Below, one piece after another: positions 11,394 to 21,491 of a DNA stretch of 64,000 nucleotides. Position numbers and translations under genes: made by a program. The stretch comes from Paramoeba atlantica (taxonomy: Eukaryota > Protista > Discosea): positions 372,001 through 436,000 of the forward strand of contig CDRNVI010000044.1 in the NCBI GenBank assembly GCA_977017575.1, in the 5' to 3' direction. The notes under the pieces were generated by a model that did not search any database, was not told where the DNA came from, and saw nothing but the letters and a program-made list of their open reading frames with translations. Position 1 is the stretch's first letter. The number at the start of each line of letters is the position of its first letter.

Positions 11394-12624
11394 TATGGTG
11401 TTGGCAACCTGTTTTGGGCTGCAAAACTGTCCTAAGCGCTTCTTGATGTGGCGCTCCACGGGCCCATAGATCACCCGAGGGCACACAGACTTGCTTTCCG
11501 TCGCATTGCCCACCCCGCTTCCTGTTGCGCGCAAACTCGCGGCTAACGGTGCTGTGGGTAATTACAAATCCTCTTTCATCCTTTTCGTTTCAATGCTTTT
11601 TTATCAAATTTTGACTGGCAGGCACGTCCTTATTACGTATCCGAAAAATATTCCTACTTGTAGCATTGTACTTTTCACTCAGCTTTTGAGTGGACAAATT
11701 CGACTGACATAATGACTCTTGTAATGACTCTACTAAAGCCCCAATCCTAAAAGAAGGGGGATGAACAGTAACCCATCGATCGAGTAGACCAATTGATTCG
11801 TGTGGAGGAGAGATGGGGGGGGGGGGGGGGTTGAGGGTTACTGTGGTGTGGAGGGGAAAGAGAACGGCGTTGAGGGTTACTACCCACGTTGCGTACACCT
11901 CCGCATTTTGCCGCACCGTTATCGTGCTGTTTCGCTCCTCCTCTTCCATTCGAAGCGTCCGAAGATCATATTTCCTTCTTTTTTTGGTAGTGGTTTCGAG
12001 TCTTACAGTGAGCCTCAAACTCACACCCAGGGGAAACACTTTTGTAGTGAAACTGATGCCCCATCCCATCCAAGGGCATTTCGCTGTGATCGTGGTGACA
12101 ATTAGGGGGACACCGAATGACCTCGAATTTCGGTACTGCACCCTCACGCATCAAAAGGCTGGGCGGCGCACGTTGTTGACTGCGAGGCGTGAGAGGCGTG
12201 AAATTCGCCTTGTGAATTCCGGCTCATAAATATTTATAAGGACGCAAACAAAGTAAGGCGAATATCACTAGTAGCTAAAGATTTTTTTTCTAAAAAATAG
12301 AAAAATTTTATTTTCTATTTTCATGTTACAGTAAGAGAAAACCTGATATTGCAAGTAAAAGAGAGTGAACTTACATATGGTACTCTTTGTCTATGTTGGA
12401 CATGGACATGGTTATGCATTCTGTCCCTTTCATACATAATTATAAATTTGCCAGAATATATGAGGGGCTGCGGGTCGCGAGGTTTCACGAAGTTTCACCG
12501 AGGTTTCGCGAGGTTTCGCCGAGGTTTCGCATGCACAATAATTTTGTAGGGGTGATCACCGAAAAATATTGATTATCTATGCCTTATTTTAGCGAAGTGT
12601 TCTTTTGATTTATGTACACACATA

Positions 12625-12715
12625 CTGTACCCCCCGTAGTTATCAGTCACTTTTTGGCACTTCGATTTTTTTTTCGTCCATCACCCCCCCTAGTTATCTG
12701 TCACATTTTAAAAAT
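12625..12715. mobile_element. Truncated copy of the CTGTACCCCCC MITE family
   Basis: Matches the reverse complement of ~59490-59611; preceded by TA. Confidence 0.7.
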
Positions 12716-13123
12716 AGTAATTTTAATAATTAAAGTTAAATAGTATAGAGTAAAACAATTGTAAGACAAAGAACTCTTTTTCACGTTTTCTGACTCTTTT
12801 GAAAAATCATGGATCACGCGGGAGATCTAAAAGAGCGCCTCAAGCTTGTTGAACCTGATCCGGTGTCTCACGGAGAGTTGTTTGACATCTTTGTGGCTTC
12901 GACGAAACGAATATACGTGAAGCGCAAAGATGTATTTACCAGACCTTGTTTGACGATCAGTGAGGAGGAATTAAATTCCAAAATTGAGGAAAAAATCGTG
13001 TGGGGCGGTTCTTAGATACTTTTCTGCACGGGAAACGAATCCTGTGTGGCGTGTCCGTGACGCCCAAAATCCTTGAGCGAACAGTGCTGCACCTCATCGA
13101 TCGTCGTGGTCATCTTATTCTAG

Positions 13124-13408
13124 ATGAACGTCCTCGAGCCGGACGAAATGTTTTTAGCTGACTTGGGGTACCAAGGCTGCTATCACTGCTTTGTGCCCTG
13201 CAAAGGAAACAAAGTTTTCTCTTCCACTGAAAAGAAAGTCAATAAATGTCTGTCTAAGATTCGCTCCCGCGTTGAGAGGCACTTTACTTTTCTTGACCAG
13301 TTTCGTTTCTTTTGGGGAACTGACCATGATCTTTCGTGGGTAAAAGATGCGGTGCAGATTGTATTGGTTCTCATGTATGGATCATTGTGTGTGAATCCTC
13401 AGCATTAG
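13124..13408 (+). pseudogene. DDE_Tnp_4-type transposase C-terminal remnant
   Basis: FLADLGYQG..EKKVNKCLSKIRSRVERHF matches the ISL2/Harbinger ADxGYxG..N..LS..R..VE pattern. Confidence 0.85.
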
Positions 13409-14146
13409 TATGACACATACATTAATAGATCTCTTAAAAATTTCAATGAAGAGAACCAATCCCTGTGTAGTCGTGGTTGTGGCGTTGTCGAACCGATTTT
13501 TGAAAGACGTGAATGTCTCAAAGAATGCTTTGAATATGTAGATTGTAGTACTAAGAAACCGCAAAAGGGGCTAAAAAGACTGAAAACGTGTGAAGAAAAC
13601 AGGTGTGAAGAGCTTGCGAAGGTTGATAACTATTTGTATTAACTAGTTGAAATAGTTACACTTGAGCATGGCTTTGAGAGATTTTAGCGGAGTTTCGCGA
13701 GGTTTCACCAAAGTTTCACGAGGTTTCACTGAGGTTTCACCGAGGTTTCACGAGGTTTCACCGAGGTTTCGCGAGGTTTCACCCGCAGCCCCTCATATAA
13801 CGCTGCCATATTTATAATTATTTATGATTTATAATTTCTTGACGCTATAATTATAATTATAATTATAATTTGTTTTGAGTAAATTTGTTATTTTTTTTGA
13901 ATTTTCCATGGATTGTTTTTGCAGCAGTTGAGAAAAAGTAAAAAATCATTCATAAAAAAGTGGAGAACATGGTAAAGAAATGTAAAATCTGTAACTTTCG
14001 TATTATAAATAATTATAATTATAAATATAATTACAAATACAAAAGTTTTTATTTTATAATTATAATTATGTATGAAAGCGACAGTAGTAATCCTTGAAAA
14101 AAAGAAAGTCTGTACATGTGACTAAAAGTACAGACTTTCGTACTAA

Positions 14147-15126
14147 GAGGGGTGACTCTGGGTGGGAGCGCCCGGGAGCGCCTAGAATATCTTTCGTCAA
14201 AATTTTCTTCCTTAGTTTTTTAATATTTTTTGCTTCAATCGGAAAATACAGAAAACATGTTACTGGTATTGTTATTTTGCAGGACAAACGAGGGTTTCGA
14301 CATGTAATAAACGTTAATAATACATTGTGCTTAGAGGTGTAACCCTGGGTGGGAGCGCCAAGGATCCCGCCTAGGATTTTTTCTAACTTTTTTTTCGTGA
14401 AAAATCCGAAATTGGCGGACCCATCTTGCGGATACCAGGGGGGGTCACCCTCACGTGGGGTTGTAAAATATGTTCACTTTTTTTTAATAATCGAGGGTAC
14501 ATCGGTAGTTAAACAACCACCGCAATACACATAACGTTAAGGCCGTCCAACCGGTGGGCTTTTCTTGGTCGAATGAGAAGACCGTTGTAGTACCGGACTG
14601 CGTCAGGGACTCTGCTAGCTCACCCGCTAAAACTCCACTATCCCAGATTGTTGGTCCGGGACGGTCCTGGCTGGAGAAACGAAGTTTTTTACGCCTCCAC
14701 TCCTCCGGAGATGGGGTGGGATTCGACCACAGCTTGCACGAGTGCAGTTCCATCTCCACCGAGGTTGCAAGGTTGCCACGCGAGAAAAGGTGGTGCTAAC
14801 AACGTATTCTCGGCGATGGACTTACCACGCCGTCTTACAACCCCGGAACGCGGTTAACGACTCCGCGAATAGGGGTTAAACAGGAATAGTAATGGACAAA
14901 TCCCTGCAGCTAGCTGGAAGTCCTTACTTCGGAAGGCTGGGGTCGCCATGCCCATCACGGACGACAGCCCAACGCCGGACTCCCTTTCTAACTCTTTGTC
15001 ATGTTAGCCCAGCATGTTCTATCCAAGGGACATTGAGGATTCCGGACCTCTTTGAGAAAAAATCATTTTACCAAGTCGGATCTCCGTAGAAGTTTACTGG
15101 GAGCGCCCGGGCAGGAGTCACCCCTC
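14147..15126. mobile_element. PIF/Harbinger-type non-autonomous element (980 bp)
   Basis: TIR GAGGGGTGACTC with subterminal TGGGAGCGCCCGGG; TAA at 14144-14146 and 15127-15129; a second related left end at ~14334. Confidence 0.8.
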
Positions 15127-15611
15127 TAAGTACGGATAGTACGGTACTAGGTACGCTACTATCGTACTAGGCAAATGTGTGATAATATGTAATGGGACAT
15201 TAAAGTAAAAATATTTTTGCGAAAATTAGAACAATAATGCAAAAACAAATTCGGGTCCGCTTCGCAGCACCTGCCTTCTCCGAGTGACAAATATGTGGAA
15301 GGGGATGATTTTACTATTTTCTACTATTTTAGAAATAACAAATAAGTAGGGCGGCGGTGACAATTGTGTACTAGCGAGCAGTGGGCGATATTGGAATAGG
15401 GTTGATATTTTTAGAAGTCTAACCTGATGACAGTCACGACCGGGCGATCGTACCCGCTCTGCGGAATGCCGAAAGGTCGCAATGTGTACACTTCATGTCT
15501 GAACATTTTCAAAATCAATTTCTGGAAAGATTGTTTAGAAAGATTGAAAGCTTACAAAGAAGTTATGAAATGGAGAGCAGTGTAATTATCATACGGCAGT
15601 GTAAAATCAAT

Positions 15612-15699
15612 TTAAAATATTTTGTGATCATCACTACAAAATTATTGTGCATGCAAAACCTCACGAAACCTCGTGAAACCTCGCGACCCGCAGCCCCTC
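15612..15699 (-). mobile_element. Solo inverted left end of the ISL2-like family
   Basis: Reverse complement of 12462-12570 (fewer subterminal repeats), including TIR, GAGGTTTC repeats and GCATGCACAATAATTTTGTAG. Confidence 0.8.
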
Positions 15700-15825
15700 A
15701 ATTGAATTGATATTCATGTTTTTCTTTTATATTCGACTGAGGACGATTACGGTGCGCATTAGTTTACTATTCTAGGTTTCCTTCAGCGTGCTTATGTGCT
15801 GTGATAAAGGATGTGTATAAAATTA

Positions 15826-16145
15826 CTGTATACCCCCCCAGTAATAGAGTCGATTTTGGACCCAAATGGCCAAATCTCTGTTACTGGGGGGGTATGCTTT
15901 TTTGGTGGGAAAAGACCTTTTTTATACATGGGTGCGTTGATTTTCTTCCCAGACAACCCCGCAACTACGCCAATCGCTCCCGCGCAACCACCCTCACCCA
16001 GCACAGCGACCCCAACCCGCTGAAACACCCCCTCCCCCCCCCCAACCCCCCCCCCCCCGAGCCAAATCTCTGTTACTGGGGGTCAGCCCAAAAATGGCCA
16101 AATCTCTGTTACTGGGGGTGGTCTATTACTGGGGGGGGTATACGG
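15826..16145. mobile_element. 320-bp MITE
   Basis: TIR C(T/C)GTATACCCCCCC(C)AGTAATAGA; TA TSD; three internal GCCAAATCTCTGTTACTGGGGG repeats. Confidence 0.85.
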
Positions 16146-16389
16146 TAGTGAGCAAACAGTTTCGATAAAAAGATTATGAAAATTTTGTTCTATTTATTTA
16201 AAGCGCTCTACATAATTGAATTGATATTCATGTTTTTCTTTTATGTTCGATTGAGGACGATCACTGTTGTCATTAGTTTAGTATTCTAGGTTTACTTCAA
16301 CGTGCTTATGTACTGCAATAAGGGGTATGTATAAAATTTGTGATTAAATAGTTTCAATAAAAAGCTTATGATTTTTTTCTATTTAGTTA

Positions 16390-16833
16390 GAGGGGTGGAA
16401 CCTGCAGAAACGGGAGAACACGCTACTCCTAAGCCATTTCAATGGGAAAAAATACTTGGTCAATTTTGAGATTTGTATCGCAAATGCCATGAACTCCCAA
16501 AAAATTGCGTAAAGTACATGATTTTAAAATTGTGCAAAAACTGTCAAAACCGCGACATACAGTACATGTAGAATTCAGCTTTTCTAATTTAGAGTGCTTT
16601 GGTCTAATCGAAACTTGCAACTGACTTACGTCACGCGCCGTTTGCGATGCTTCCGATAGGGAAACGACCCTCTTTATATCCCTGGTGCGCTCGCGATATC
16701 GCTTGGCCACTTCGGAGGAATCCCCACTTAAACTTCGCCAAGCGCTGCGAAACCAATCAGCAACAACTTGTCCGAACTCTTAACTCGATCAAACACGGGC
16801 GAACGCGCTAGAACCGAGCAGGTTTCACCCCTC
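16390..16833. mobile_element. Tourist/Harbinger-like MITE (444 bp)
   Basis: 16-bp TIR GAGGGGTG(G/A)AACCTGC; TTA at 16387-16389 and 16834-16836. Confidence 0.85.
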
Positions 16834-17043
16834 TTAAAGCGTTCTACATATTTGAGTTGATATTCATATTTTTCTGTCGGGTTTTCCGTATTTCACGTAA
16901 TGTGCTTAACAACCATCTACACTTTATCCTCGGGCTTAAGTTTTTCTTCTTGTCATGCAAACAACGCTGCCTTTCAAATGTCTTCTATACTGTTCATACA
17001 TTCTTTTGTATCTCATACTTTCCTTTTACCGCGAGTACGGTAC

Positions 17044-17098
17044 CCGCGTATGGTACTCGGGTACGTATTCGCTTTGAGTACCCGAGTACCGTACGCGG
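17044..17098. repeat. Isolated 21-bp-stem hairpin
   Basis: CCGCGTATGGTACTCGGGTAC / 13-nt loop / GTACCCGAGTACCGTACGCGG, one G-T mismatch. Confidence 0.75.
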
Positions 17099-17215
17099 CA
17101 ATTTATGAATTATGTAGGGGCACATTGGGATTACATTGCAATACTAATACTAAATTTATAAAAAAAAAAGTGTAATTAGTTTCTAGGATGTTTCTTAAAA
17201 TTTAAGAACGTATTT

Positions 17216-17434
17216 ATGGATTTTCCTTCAAGTAATTCCGAAAATGGTTCTAAAAGTAGTTTTAATGCTATAATTTCAAAGGAAAACTTGAAAAAGCATC
17301 TTCAAAAGCTGCGCACAATCGAAACTGCTTTAGATGATAAAATTATCTCTTTGCTTAGTGCAAACGAGGTAGCGGTTCTTGATCTTTGTGACATCGTTCA
17401 TGATACATGTACCCTCACTGAAGCACAAACCTAA
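17216..17434 (+). pseudogene. Short helical ORF, possibly a CATCHR-tether (COG5/Vps51-like) N-terminal fragment
   Basis: LQKLRTIETALDDKIISLL coiled-coil pattern; premature stop; weak resemblance only. Confidence 0.2.
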
Positions 17435-18381
17435 CTGAAAATGGAGTTCTCTCGCAAAGATCAGGTGAGGAAAAATGAGTTCATCAACAATCATCCGCCG
17501 AATCATGTTTGGCTTTCATTTTCGGTTTCCATGTTTTCGAAGAAACGTTAAACGAATGGGTACTGATACGCATACACATGTGAAATTTTCTGATCACATG
17601 GACTCCATAATTTATATGTAGATTTGTGAATCCCCTTCCTGATACAATTTTAGTTTTGATTCCTTAATCTCGTTGAATGAATTAGTAACAAGGGCAATTT
17701 GGCGTGATTTCATATTCATGAATAAACCCCGGGACACGAATAAGTCACCCCCCTATTTTTTTGCATGAAGGAGCCTAGGGAGGTTATGATACCATTTTTT
17801 CGTTCAGAATTTCGAGACCTACACGTTCCCGCTATTTTTAGCAGCTTTTAAAAACATGAAAAAAAGCTACATTTTTTTTTCAAAAAATCTGACAAGAATT
17901 TTTTTTCATGGTTTTTTGCACACCGCACACGAAGCGAGTGACGTGTAGAAAGTTGTCTTTTGTTTGAGAGACTCGCACCATGATGTCATTAAGATTTTGC
18001 GCGAGATTTTTGCTGGAGATCACAAGGGTAGGTGGGCGAAACGTATTCGTTCTCTTCGTACATGAACCACACTTTCCACCAGAATGTCGTAGAATGTGTC
18101 TTCACCACATTCCGTCATTTTCATACGAACAGTAATCTCATCAGTGAACTCTACCATTGGGATAAAGGTGAATTAAATAATGTAGTTCACTCTATTATAG
18201 GTCACTCTATTATTAGGTACTTAATATTGCGGGGGTTGTTTACAACCTCTGCCTCTCCCTTCTTTATGGTGTCCGGGGTAGGGTGGATCCGGCAGGGTGA
18301 GAAAAGGGGGTCCAGCCCCCCCCCCTATCCTCGATTTAGGCACTAATCACGGTGCTTAAAAACGTAGGTTGCGGGACTCGA

Positions 18382-18453
18382 ACCCAGGTAGTACAGTTGG
18401 TAGCACCTGCCGTTCATAATTTGATAGTCGCAGGTTCGACTCCCGGCGGTTAC
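18382..18453 (+). pseudogene. tRNA-Met(CAT)-like relic
   Basis: A-box-like TAGTACAGTTGGTAGCAC, anticodon loop TTCATAA, B-box GGTTCGACTCC at tRNA spacing; acceptor and anticodon stems do not pair. Confidence 0.55.
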
Positions 18454-18462
18454 ATTTTCAGC

Positions 18463-18570
18463 CGTTAGTGGGAAGCAATTTGCGAAGCCGAAGGGGGTGT
18501 ATAACGAGGGCCCGCGCGAGCAGGCCTGAGCCATACGCGACGTCGTTAGTGGGAAGCAATTTGCGAAGCC
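18463..18570. repeat. Pair of perfect 27-bp direct repeats
   Basis: CGTTAGTGGGAAGCAATTTGCGAAGCC at 18463-18489 and 18544-18570, 54-bp GC-rich spacer. Confidence 0.9.
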
Positions 18571-18636
18571 CGTTTACGAACAACCACCGCTTTTTAACGA
18601 TATGTAGTTCACTCTATGGTGTCTTGCACCAATATA

Positions 18637-19060
18637 CAGGGGGGATCGGTTAAATCTGGGGGGGGTCTAAAATTTGTAAAAATTGGTCAATTTTGAAAAA
18701 TAATAGCGCATTCGAGAGCTCTCGAATAGCCCTCTTGTGGAATCCATGTTGTTTCCCGCATAAATAACATTTTTGCAAATTTGACAGGTGGCTCAAATAC
18801 GTGAATTGCAATTTTTTCTAGAAAATTGTAAAAAGACGAAATGACGAATCTTGAACCAACAACATTCTGTGCGTTAGTTTTATTTTATCTGAGGGTGAGA
18901 AACGGCTCTCCGAGAATTTCCTTTGAGAAGAATGTGAACACGAATCTAAGTGTTGTAAGTGTTGTACCTAAACGGATTGGCACAAACTTATACGTGACTG
19001 CTACATACTCTGGGTTGAGATCGTTAGATGGTTTCCACTTTTTTAGAGCTCAGTAATATA
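18637..19060 (+). mobile_element. Truncated Tc1-family MITE (left TIR plus internal sequence)
   Basis: TA-CAGGGGGG terminus; internal similarity to 44200-44762 (GAGAAACGGCTCTCCG); no right TIR. Confidence 0.75.
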
Positions 19061-19394
19061 CGTAATATACAGGGGTGTAAATTTGGATGGTGGGGTCTAA
19101 AATTTGTAAAACTTGGCCAATTTTGAAAAATAATAGCGCAGGGGATCATGAAAGGGATCATGAACGTAACTAGGCCGAACTAGACACAAGGGGGTATTGC
19201 CCCCTAGACAAAGAGCCCCCAAACGCTATTTGCAACTTTCTAAAACAATGGCAAATATCAAAAAGAAAATATATTCCAAGCCCGGCGTCGCTTCGTTGAT
19301 ACCTAGTATCATTGAAGCGAAGTGTGAGGAAGATAGGTGGACCCATTGAGCGGAGAACCGATATACGACGCAAACTTTAAGTTTACGCATTGAA

Positions 19395-19735
19395 AGAATG
19401 GCAGGAAAGAAAGAAAGACACGGAAAGCAAGAAAGCAGGGGAGAGAAAGAATAAAGGAAGGAATGAAGGAAGGAATGAACGAAGTAAAGAAAGAATAAAG
19501 AAAGAGCGAAGGAAAGAAAAAATGAAGAAATGAATGAATGAAAGTAAGAGAGAAAGAAAGAAAGAAAGAAAGAAAGAAAGGAGGGGAGAGATAGATAGCA
19601 AAAGATGAAGACAGTGAGAAAGAACGAAAGAGAAAGAAGCGAGGAAAAGAAAGGATGTGACGGAAAGCGAGAAAGCAATGGAGAGAATGAATGGATGAAT
19701 GCAAGAGCGAAGAAAAGAAAGAATAAGGAACGAGC
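19395..19735 (+). repeat. Purine-rich (AAAG/GAAT/GGAA)n low-complexity tract
   Basis: Runs such as AGAAAGAAAGAAAGAAAG; source of the spurious F/L/S-rich minus-strand ORFs. Confidence 0.9.
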
Positions 19736-20555
19736 CGCTCGCATGGAGTGTGGAGCCGCTGTTTTAGCAGCGTGGAGCCACTCATGCTGATGTGATGGAG
19801 TGTGGAGCCCCTGTTTGACACAGCGTGGAGCCACTCATGCTGATGTGATGGAGCGTGGGGCCGCTGTTTGATACAGCGTCGAAACGCTCGCACGTAGTGT
19901 AGATCCGCTGCTCCTGCAGCGTCGAGCCACTCATGCTCATTTATAGGAGCGTAGATCCGCTGTTTGATGCAGCGTCGAACCACTCGCATGTAGTGTAAAT
20001 CCGCTTCTCCTGCAGCGTCGAGCCACTCATGCCGATTAATAGGAGCGTAGATCCGCTGTTTGATGCAGCGTCGAACCACTCGCATGTAGTGTAAATCCGC
20101 TTCTCCTGCAGCGTCGAGCCACTCATGCCGATTAATAGGAGCGTAGATCCGCTGTTTGATACAGCGTCGAACCGCTCGCACGTAGTGTAGATCCGCTGCT
20201 CCTGTAGCGTCGAGCCACTCATGCTCATTTATAGGAGCGTAGATCCGCTGTTTGATACAGCGTCGAACCACTCGCATGTAGTGTAAATCCGCTTCTCCTG
20301 CAGCGTTGAGTCACTCATGCCGATTAATAGGAGCGTAGATCCGCTGTTTGATACAGCGTCGAACCGCTCGCATGTAGTGTAGATCCGCTGTTTCTGCAGC
20401 GTCGAGTCACTCATGCTGATTTGATGGAGCGTAGATCCGCTGTTTGATGCAGCGTCGAACCGCTCGCATGGAGTGTAGATCCGCATGTAGCGTTGAATCA
20501 GTCACGTTGATTTGATAGAGAGTATGACGTTTGATACAGAATATGACCGCTCGCA
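19725..20555. repeat. 96-bp higher-order tandem repeat (53-bp A + 43-bp B monomers), about 7 dimers
   Basis: Monomer starts (C/T)AGCGT at 19768, 19821, 19874, 19917, 19970, 20013, 20066, 20109, 20162, 20205, 20258, 20301, 20354, 20397, 20450. Confidence 0.95.
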
Positions 20556-21376
20556 TCAAGGGTACTGCCTCTCGTGGAATTGCCATGGCAGTTGGATACA
20601 GTGTCGGTCTGGATGACTACAGTTCCACGTGTGGACTCTGACTCGCTTTTATTATTACGTTTTGGATACGCCATACCTTTTGTAAGTGTGGTATCCTTGC
20701 ATCTTAGATGATGCGTAAATTAGTGGAACCCTAATTGACCAGTGCCATTGAGTCGTAGTTACTCGTTTAGTGGAGGGTTTCTAGGTTTTAATGGAGCGGC
20801 CTTTCCTAGAGTAGTTCCACTAGTAAGAGTAGTAAGAATGCTAATTCAGATTCCTAGTAATACAAGTGGGGACTAGTTGAAGTAGTACAGTTCTGTATAG
20901 TTCTGGTGGTTTAAACGTGTGTATGTGTAGGGTTGCCGTCCGAATAATAGACGTGATAAAGATTCCGAGAATGATGGTGTGTTCGGCTTCATTCATTGAA
21001 CCAACGACTCACTGTATCTCAATTTATTTGTGTTAAGTTAAATTATTGCGAGCGAGGCTTCATCTTGTCGTGTATGTATCCTTCCTTTCGAAGGATGTCT
21101 GTATCAAACTTCAATCATGTATCACGGTGTCTGCATAAATTATACGTTTGCAGTTGCAATATTTCGTTTCGTATTTACTATTACTAACTTTATTTATTTA
21201 CTATAGTAACAGTATTTATTTTAGTTTTCCTAATTTTTCTCTAAATGAATTTCCCGACAGCGTATTGCAGCCTTTTCGACATTCGACTTGTTCGGATGCT
21301 GGAGAGACCACTTCTTGCGTGTCGTCGGCCCCTTCAGTGGGATGTGCCTGAGTATCTATGAATGTGCCTTTTTTTT

Positions 21377-21491
21377 CTGGCCTTCATGGTGCCAGGCCTG
21401 CCATGGCGCGTCTACTGCGCCGCGATAATGACGGGTTGGTGGACTCTCTCTGGGTAAGCCCAGATTAGGACTACCAACCCTCACATTATCG
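21377..21491. other. Cluster of three predicted stem-loops
   Basis: CTGGC/GCCAG, GGCGC/GCGCC, and a long stem CGATAATG..GGGTTGGT / ACCAACCC..CATTATCG capped by TCTGGG/CCCAGA. Confidence 0.35.

Larger units (their letters stand above)
9889..11534 (-). pseudogene. Probable degenerate hAT-like transposase, interrupted by the Tc1 element
   Basis: Removing 10403-11393 plus one TA rejoins a frame (QVANTI/VIGARSSK); downstream FWTCEQSISNAAIQDKNF and HFIIVAIDSGTK resemble hAT core motifs; many stops and frameshifts. Confidence 0.4.
12462..13794 (+). mobile_element. ISL2-like (IS5/PIF-Harbinger/ISL2EU superfamily) defective transposon
   Basis: TIR GAGGGGCTGCGGGT; arrays of GAGGTTTC(A/G)C subterminal repeats at both ends; transposase relic inside. 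Confidence 0.88.
12421..14084. mobile_element. AT-rich MITE hosting the ISL2-like element
   Basis: 25-bp TIR CTGTC(C/G)CTTTCATACATAATTATAA at 12421 and ending 14084; TA on the right flank, TT on the left; ATAATT microsatellite inside. Confidence 0.7.
15700..16870 (+). repeat. Diverged ~190-bp tandem repeat (2+ units), each unit split by a different MITE
   Basis: AATTGAATTGATATTCATGTTTTTCTTTTAT.. at ~15700 and ~16215, degenerate at ~16850; AAAGCG(C/T)TCTACAT junction repeated. Confidence 0.7.

Noticed and set aside
11590-12229. Overlapping ORFs around the G-run at 11813-11830
   Set aside because: Several frames open on both strands with no recognisable domain; none could be favoured.
17727-18277. 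Possible MITE with CCCCGGGACAC / GTGTCCGGGG ends
   Set aside because: Only about 10 bp of imperfect inverted match, no clear TSD and no second copy in the window.
18382-18453. Functional tRNA-Met
   Set aside because: Acceptor, anticodon and T stems have multiple mismatches; kept only as a relic.
19725-20555. CRISPR-like array
   Set aside because: The segments between shared motifs are themselves repeated (A/B alternation), not unique spacers; no cas genes; eukaryotic context.
20880-20900. Spliced-leader-like AGTACAGTTCTGTA
   Set aside because: Short gapped match only; no rest of the SL exon or GT donor context.
21370-21430. HDV-like ribozyme (ATGGTGCCAG resembles the HDV P2/P3 start)
   Set aside because: No complementary P1 3' strand, and the L3 loop would be only 2 nt, so the nested double pseudoknot cannot form.
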